The notes beneath the pieces were generated by a model, which saw only the letters and a program-made list of their open reading frames with translations, was not told the DNA's origin and ran no database searches. From NCBI GenBank assembly GCA_013239625.1, contig MU053933.1:3029817-3093816 (forward strand): a stretch of 64,000 nucleotides of DNA, given 5' to 3'. Shown here in pieces: positions 57,011 to 64,000 of this stretch; within the stretch, counting starts at the first letter, position 1; each line of letters opens with the position of its first letter. Origin of the DNA: Lama guanicoe (lineage: Eukaryota). The translations under genes were made by a program, and so were the position numbers.

Positions 57011-59859
57011 CTTTTATGAAGGTAGACTTCGAGGGCTCACGCAGTTCGGGTCTGTCTGTGGCGGGGCTGGTGAGTGGGTGGCCAGGGAGTTAGGTGCGAA
57101 GTGCTCTGGTTTCGATCAGTGTACTTTGTCTACCAGGTGTCCTTGCTTTTGGAAAGCCCACTCTGAAGTACTGGGGGTCGAGGAGTGCATCTGCTGACCT
57201 CGCTCAGATGGTGTGGACCGGCAGGGACAGTGGGCACGTGCAGGACGGAGTCAGGCCCAAAGGGGACCCGCTGGCGGGCGGGAAGGCCGTGAGTGCCTTG
57301 TAGCGCCCCTGCAGCTTCCCTCGGGGTGCGCGTCACGTCACAAGGAAGGCTGTTGAATAAATGGTAAAAGTGGAAAGCGTGATGACCTTTCTCCTCCGAC
57401 AGGTGCCCCGTGAGACTTTGGGAGACGGTGACGTGAGGGGCCGGGGTGGGGGTCCTGGACGAGCCCGGCAGGCGGTGGCGGGGCTGCTGGGGCCGCGGGG
57501 CTGGAGCCGGGCTGTCAGCTTTCATTCCTCAGCACTGTTCCCACACTGGGGTTTTAATTAAAACAAAATAAGTGCTTCAGCGTGTAACTTAAAAGCTCCA
57601 GCGAGATGAGGCCGGCAGCCTCTCGAGGGGACGTCGGGGTTGGGAGCCTGGGAGGCTGGGAGCGCCTTGGTCTCCGCGGCCCGTCACCAGCTTGCTTTCC
57701 ACAGAGGGTGAACTGGCCCAGGTCCTACGCAGTCCTCTGGACTCAGGGTGCACGGCCAGAGGGAGTTTCCGAGTGTGGTCGAAGCAGCACTGAGCGCGGG
57801 CCAGCAGGGAGGCCAGAGGGCTGGCAGCGCAGACGGAGGGGCTCGGGTGGGCCCCGGGCTGGGCTCTCAGCTGCTACTCTGCAGGGCTTCCTGCTCTCGT
57901 CTGAGCCCAGCCCGACGTCCCTGGCAGGCCCCACCTCATGGCTGCGGAGAGCAGGAGGCAGCAGCTGGCCTGCAGGCTCTGACCCCCATGGACCAGGCCT
58001 CTGCGTAGGGGAGAGACTTCTTTTGTGGCAAAGGAACGCACCCCCCCAACCCCTGCGAGGAAGCCAAGACTTCAAGGCCCGAGGGTGAGGAGGTGACCCC
58101 CCGGCACCTCTGTGGCCCTGTGCACATTTTGTGCATCTTGAGATGTGGGCTGATGGTGACCTCGAGGCCCCTCTGGGCCACCCTCACAGCCAGCCCTGGC
58201 CGCCTCCTGTCCTCGCTGTCTGTCTGTCTGTGCTCTCCCGCCTGCCCTCAGCTCTCTGCCCTGTGCCTCTGGGTCCAGCACCTGCGGTACCACACACACC
58301 TTCCAAGTGGTTCTGCCCTGATCCCTCTGTCCCCACCACTGGTCCTGCATCCTTCTGGAGGCTGAGGTCCAGGCCCACCCATCCTCGTCTCCATGCCCAC
58401 TCCCCTGACCTGGAAGGTCTCTGTCCACAACGGCCTTGCCCTCCTCACCGCTGGTCTTGGTCACGACCACCCGCAGAAGCCTCATCCCAGATCTGGCTCT
58501 GCTGGAGGAGAGTGGTCCTGCTGGGGGGACTGGCAGGTGGAGCGAAGGCTGCCCCGCTGGCGGGTGTCGCGGGCTGGCCCTGCTGCTGGCTGCCTGGCCC
58601 CCATGTGAAGGGAGCGGGGGCAGGGCTGACCCAGGGGGATCACGTACGCCCCTCTCCACACAGCTCCACTGGAGGCGACCCACGCCCGCACCTCTGGGTG
58701 TCACCACATCTTCGCCACTGTGGAGCCGAGGCACCCGCATGTTACAGACGCTCCCTGCTGCGTGCTTCCTTCTGGTCCTCGACCTGGGCTGTGGGCTCCT
58801 CTGGAGGGATTCCCGAGGGACAGCGGATGCCTTCAGGCCCATCACTGTGTCTGTGTCTGTGTCTGCGGAGCAAGAGTTTGTCTCGGGCGACAGGACGAGG
58901 TGCAGCAGGCCAGCGGGCGTCAGCAGCACAGTAACGGGGATTCGAAGCCACACGGCTCTTCTTCGCCATCTACTGAAGTTTGAAATAAGCACAGTATAAA
59001 AACGATCACACTTGTAACTGGGCACATCCCTCCAATACCTCTGTGCCCGTGACTGAGCTGGCCAGCTGTCCTGTGGTGCTGAAGTTCCCTCTAGCTCTCA
59101 GGGGCCCCTCCTTTCCCTCGAGAGGCATTGCCATGATCTGCCGTGGCCTTTCAGCTGGAGGGGGCCTCCTCCTCACAGCTGCCCCACCAAGGGGCCCTTC
59201 TGTCCAGCCCTGCGGGTTGCCCAGGGGCACAGACACCCAGCAGGTCCCAGAGCCATGTCACCGGGGACCCTGCTTAGCGTGGCTCCTCTGTGTGTTCTCT
59301 GGGCTCCCAGGCTCCGTTGTCCTGCGCGGGGGGCTGTGCTGGCCCAGCCCTGGAGGTGGGTCCCTTAGGGCGGGGTCGTCAAGGTGTGGGGAAGGGACCG
59401 AGTGGCTTTGTGGGTGGTGGTGTTGGTGGCAGGGGAGGACCCCCTGGGGCACTGACACTTCCTCTCGCTTTGTAAGCAGGGCAGATCATTCTGTGCTTCT
59501 GGAATGTTCCTTGAGGCAGAGGAGGAGAGGTCTGCGTAAGCAGGAAGCGCGCATGGAAGGGCGCTTGGAGGCCGCAGGGCCGAGGCTGGGGACCATGGAG
59601 ATGATGCTGCCCGCCTTCCCTCTTGTCCCTAAGGACCAGCTCTTCCCTGCCCCTGGGGCGGCCCGCAGGCTCCAGGCCCTGTGCACATGGGATGGTCAGG
59701 AGATGCGTTCTCCCCAGAGCGCAGGCCTCCATTTCTCCCCAGCCCCAGCAAACAGTTGGATCCTGGCGGTTTTGGACCTGAATGCTTTCAGAAATAATAT
59801 AGTAAATGCATTCTTCACTTTTCTCTATTCCTTTCTCTTCCCTCCTAATCTTACTCTAG

Positions 59860-59943
59860 AATTTTTCTGACAGAAGAAGGCTTAAAACTCCTCATTTGTG
59901 TAGCACTCTGCAAATTACGGAGTACTTGTCGCATCACCGAAAG
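59860..59943 (+). other. Candidate internal exon (84 nt; alternative acceptor at 59873 gives 70 nt)
   Basis: Long polypyrimidine tract (59811-59857) with a CTAAT branch-like motif, acceptor ...ctctag| (or ...ttttctgacag|) and donor AAG|gtgggt. It sits in an AT-rich unique island. The peptide is not recognised. Confidence 0.45.
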
Positions 59944-62089
59944 GTGGGTATTTTCTTGTTCATATTTAGAATGAGCTGAGGCTGAAAGCAGCGAGTCATG
60001 GGCAGTTGAGAGGGGGTGGGGTTCAAGCTGAGAGTCCTCCGTAGAGCAGGCCCCTGGGCCCGTGTCACAGGCCACATGGGCTCCAGGGGGTTGGAGAGCC
60101 CTGGCCTCCGGCTGGTGCTGTACAGGTTCCGCATTCTCCCGCAGGGCCACTTCGCTGCTCGCGACGCTGCCCTGTCCCTCCTGGCTGCTGCCCCCACAAT
60201 GGTCCCCCCACCCCACCCCGCCTCTGGCCTCCCCACCTCCCTCCAGGACCTCCTGCTGGGGAACCAAACAGAAATCGGCCAGGAGGAGGAGGTGCGCCAG
60301 CAGATCTGGAGGCTTTTTGCCCCAGCCTCTAAGCCTTGCTCAGCTCCTCCTGGAGAGTGGGTGGGGTGTGGGACCGCCCCGTGATTGTGCGGTGCTGCCT
60401 GGGGAAGGGATTCTGTGGATGTAATTAAGGCTTCCAGTCAGCTGACTGCATGAGTCAGAGGCGGTGCCAGCCTTAAGCCCAGGAGCCCTTTCTGTCTGCT
60501 CTGGGGGTGGGAGAGGGGAGGGGGAGGGGGCCGGAGACGCAGGCAGCTGCTGGGAGCCCAAAGGCCCAGCTGACAGCTGACAGCCCCAGGGCACTGCGCC
60601 CAGCCAGCCACAACTGGGCAGACCTGAGTCCTGGGTCCCCCGAACCAACCACCCTGCGTCCAGACCTCTGCCATTCCCGGCCGTGAGCTCAGGCGGGCAC
60701 TGTGTTCAGTCCCCAGTTGTGGGGACTTGCTCTCCGGCAGTAGGGAAATGGGGCACAGTGGTGCAGGGGCGGGGCAGGGATGACTGCGCCCTGTTTTGTT
60801 GTGTTTCCAACGGATCAACCAGTGGCCCCACTGCCATGACAGCTCACCAGAATCCCTCTGGTGGGAGCGCCGCCTTCACCCAGTAACTCCCCGTAGATGC
60901 TCCTGAGCGTGCTGCTGGGCGCTGTGTCCCGCCACCTCTCTGTTCCTGCAGAAAGGTCACCTCACGACCCATGTTACTGGTTTTCTCCAAAATTCTAGTT
61001 TATTGCTCGCCTCTGTGCTTCCAGATGAATGCCACAGTCCTGTCACGAATCTTGGTTGGCCAGTCCCTCACTTAGGCTGGGAGGGTCCTCCCTCGCTGGA
61101 AGGCCCCACGGTGTCCTGGGTGGAGTCCTCTTCAGCGCCCCGGTCGTTTACATTTCGCGTTCTTCATTCTATTGTAAGTATCAGTGATGATAGGAAAGAT
61201 ACTCACTTTTGTGTCTTTAGTTGATAATCTGCCGTCTAGTAAACCCCGTCCTGTGGCGTCTCATACGCTGGGATGTGTTAGGTGGAGACTCAGATTATCA
61301 CAGATAATCATTTTAACGCCTTTCCAAGTGTCTGGCTCCTGGTTATCTTAAATTTACTAACTGCGGGGCCTGAATTTTTGGAATAACGTTGAGTTGCAGT
61401 CCATCTTGCTCCTGTTAGGCGGACTGCCACCTCCTCCTGCCCTGAAGCTTATGCATGACCAGAGGGTCATCGAGTGTTCTCAAGCTCCTTTCTGAACACC
61501 TCTTGTCCCGCTGCCCCACCCGGCCCGCCCTCCCTGCCTCAGGGACGCCCCTTTTCTGGGCCTTGTGGGCTCTCTCTTCCGCATCTGAAAGTTCACTTCC
61601 TCTGCCCTCTCTCCCTGGGTCTCCACTCACAGGACATCGTGTGGGTACCTCCCTCCCGAGACTCATTATGGGCCCGGCCAGCCATCCCCCCACCCAGGAC
61701 CCTCATCCTGTCCTGACTGCGGGAAACTGCCAGCCCCCAGCCCTGCTCCTGAGAGCCTCCCCTCCCCTCCCCACATTCCTCCATAAGCCCAGGGTCCTCA
61801 GTGTCCTTCTGGAACCTCCTCATGCCCTTGGGGGCTGGGCCTGCCTGCAGACGGTGCAAGGAAGGCCACTGATCAGGACCGCCAAGGAGCAGGATCAGGG
61901 TGGAGAAGGCACCGGGACACCTGGGCACCCGGGGGGGAGTGACAGCCAGTCTCCACACAGGGCGGACCCCGCCGCCCTCAACCCCACGGATGTGACTGGG
62001 GAGGGGCTGCGGCCTGACTTCCCTGGCAAATGGCAGCTGAAGGTTCTGAGGCTCGACAAGCAAGCTGGAGAGCACCCCGACCCGGCTTC

Positions 62090-62600
62090 CCTGGGAGCAG
62101 CTGGGCAGCGTCCCAGGAAGTGGAGGACTGCCTTACCCCATGACCCCGCGGCCCTGCTCCTGGGAGTACACTCGAGAAAAACCAGGCGGGTGTGCCAAGG
62201 AGACAGGTGTGAGCGGGTCCCTGTGTAAACACTGGGGCCCGATCCATGAACACACTCGTGCAGAAAGGAGAGTTAGACCTGCATGCATCAGCGCGGGCGA
62301 GTCCCAACAACCTGGTCCTGAGTGTCCACGGAAGCGGATGTGTGCCCTGTGATGCCGTGTACGACAGTTTTCTGAGCACACAACGTGGTGGGAAATCTGG
62401 CTGGGGCACGTGCAGTGTGGTAGGAGTGCGATGGCAGGGCCTCTTGGGCAGCGGGGGCACCCGTTTCTAGTCTTTCATGTGTTTTGTTCATTTAGAAGGA
62501 AGTGGAAGCAAATACAGTGCAGTGCTAACGTCTGTTAATGCTTAACATTGAGTGTGCCGCTGTCTCTCTGGTTTTAGTTTCTCTAGCTTTGAAAGACTTT
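62090..62600 (+). mobile_element. Old L1M 3' end, strongly GC-shifted
   Basis: 'ccttaccccatgaccccgcggccctgctcctgggagtacactcgagaaaaa' corresponds to the L1 motif catatgacccagcaattccactcctaggtatatacccaagagaaa. 'ggaagcaaatacagtgcagtgctaac' is also present. Confidence 0.6.
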
Positions 62601-64000
62601 GTGGTGAGAAATTAAAACCTCTTTCAAACTAAATCCGACGAGCCCTCTCATGAAGGGAGCGTTGTGCCCAAGCCCCTGGCTCGGAGGGCATCCTGACGTG
62701 AATCACTGCCCTGGTCACTGAGGGTCAGAGTTCCCGCTGCGCCTCCGGCGTCCCGAGCCCTGGCGGGCCTGGTCCAAGCCCCAGTCAGGCACTGAGGCTT
62801 CTCCGGGCATCCGGTGCTCGGTCCCTGGATGAAGTGTGGACTTTCTGCTGTGGCTGTGGTTTGAGGAGAGTCCCCAGGAGTTCCCGAGGGCCCCGCTCTG
62901 CCCAGGCTAGGACTGTCCTCTCCCAAGGCCCCTTACCCTGGCCTGGTGGTCTGGGGGGTCACTGAGCTGGGTGGACCCTCCTCCTGGAGCTCTTCCCTTC
63001 CTCTGGGGAGGGGGAGGTCTAGCCTGAGAAGGTCACCGTGGCACCGAGGGAGGACCCCCAGGCGCAGAGAGGTGCCCCAGGGAACAGGGCTGGAAGGGGG
63101 CCTGACGGGGTGGCAGACTTGACTGCTGGCTTGCGGCGTGTTTCCAGACTCCCTCTGCAGGATAACGTGGGGTTAGAATGTGCCCTGCCCTCCGTCTGCC
63201 ACCGACCGCAAGCGGGGCTCCCAAGGGGCCCTTCTCTCCCCTCGTGGTGGGTGCTCACATGTGAACGTGGTCGCCCTGCAGGTCACGCGGTCTCCCAGAA
63301 GCTGGGAGCACAGACCACACTTCCACCTTGAAGTTACACGTGTGCAGGGAGTGAAGGCTGCCGGCGCCTCCAGGGGTAGCTGTGTGGAAGGCTGGCGCCC
63401 TCCCGTCCACCCGCCGCCCTGTGATGGCCGGGCGGTCCCCGTGGCCGCGGGCCTGAGGGGCCCTGTCACTCGGCCGTTTCTGGAAGCACAGGGCACGGGG
63501 CGCCGTGGGAGCCGTCACCTTGGCGCTTCTGCCTCTTTCACCTTTTGGTTCATTTTCACCCCCCCTCAGCCTCCATCCTCCCTCCTGCTCCGTCCTCGCT
63601 CCCTCCTCCATCTGTCCATCCGTCCGTCTGTCTCCCCCTGGACTCTGCTTATCTCCCACATTCTGTGCTCTTTCCTTTCCTGGCAGGGTCCCTGCCTCTC
63701 CCTCCGTGACCCTTCTCGAGCTGGTCAGGGCCATCGGATGGCCGGGACGCCTGGCGCCAGGTGCAGGGCAGTTTTGTGCCCCAGTTCACTCCCCACTCTC
63801 AACCCCGACGACCTGGTCCCCTGCAGGCCCACTGCGGCCCCACGCAGCCCAGCCCCTGCATCCCGTCCCCACTTCCTGCCGCCACTCCCTGGCCGAGTTG
63901 TACAGGCTCCCATCCCTCTCCGCGCTCTTCTTCTCCCTGGGGTGGCCCTGCCCATGGCTGCACGTTGTCTTGGAGTTTTGGGTAACATGAGCTTCCAGGT

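Noticed and set aside
58072..59870. Long ORFs (317, 267, 187 and 275 aa)
   Set aside because: They overlap on both strands, are Pro/Gly/Arg/Ala-rich and have no recognisable domain. This is expected from stop-codon scarcity in GC-rich DNA.
61025..61173. Candidate exon (ttccag| ... |gtaagt)
   Set aside because: The surrounding sequence resembles a decayed antisense L1M 3' region, the exonic side of the donor is weak and the peptide is unrecognised.
61455..62228. 257-aa ORF
   Set aside because: Low-complexity GC-rich translation; its C-terminus (LPHDPAALLLGVHSRK) is a decayed L1 ORF2 motif.
1..64000. Assignment of a host gene symbol or a novel multi-gene system
   Set aside because: No candidate exon translated to a protein I recognise, so naming a gene would require a BLAST or synteny search. 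I saw no operon-like, viral coding, snoRNA or miRNA structure that I could support.

Overview
This is 64 kb of mammalian genomic DNA, most likely camelid (camel, alpaca or llama). The lineage evidence is a tRNA-Ala-derived SINE of the camelid vic-1 type, camelid/cetartiodactyl-type L1 3' ends, a Tigger1a_Art-like element, and no Alu, PRE-1 or Bov-type SINEs. The window is GC- and CpG-rich, with a subtelomeric-like character, and looks intronic or intergenic. A large share is decayed transposable elements: many L1 remnants in both orientations with nested insertions, Tigger7/MER44, Tigger1, L2, MIR, two MaLR LTRs and two ERV1-type solo LTRs. I found no recognisable protein-coding gene. The ORFs in the track are chance ORFs in GC-rich DNA or fragments of L1 or transposase. 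A few short + strand candidate exons and several AT-rich non-repetitive islands with RFX, SOX, TCF, AP-1 or CTCF motifs suggest a long intron of an unidentified gene with regulatory elements. I found no convincing new biological system. The most notable features are structural scars: a fold-back templated insertion, two twin-primed inverted L1s, a doubly truncated young L1 at an apparent rearrangement junction, a ~190-bp tandem duplication, a 55-bp VNTR and a degenerate telomere-like tract. There is also a candidate recursive splice site and apparent GC-biased erosion of old L1s. Repeat family names come from recalled consensus similarity, not a database search. Boundaries of old repeats are approximate.
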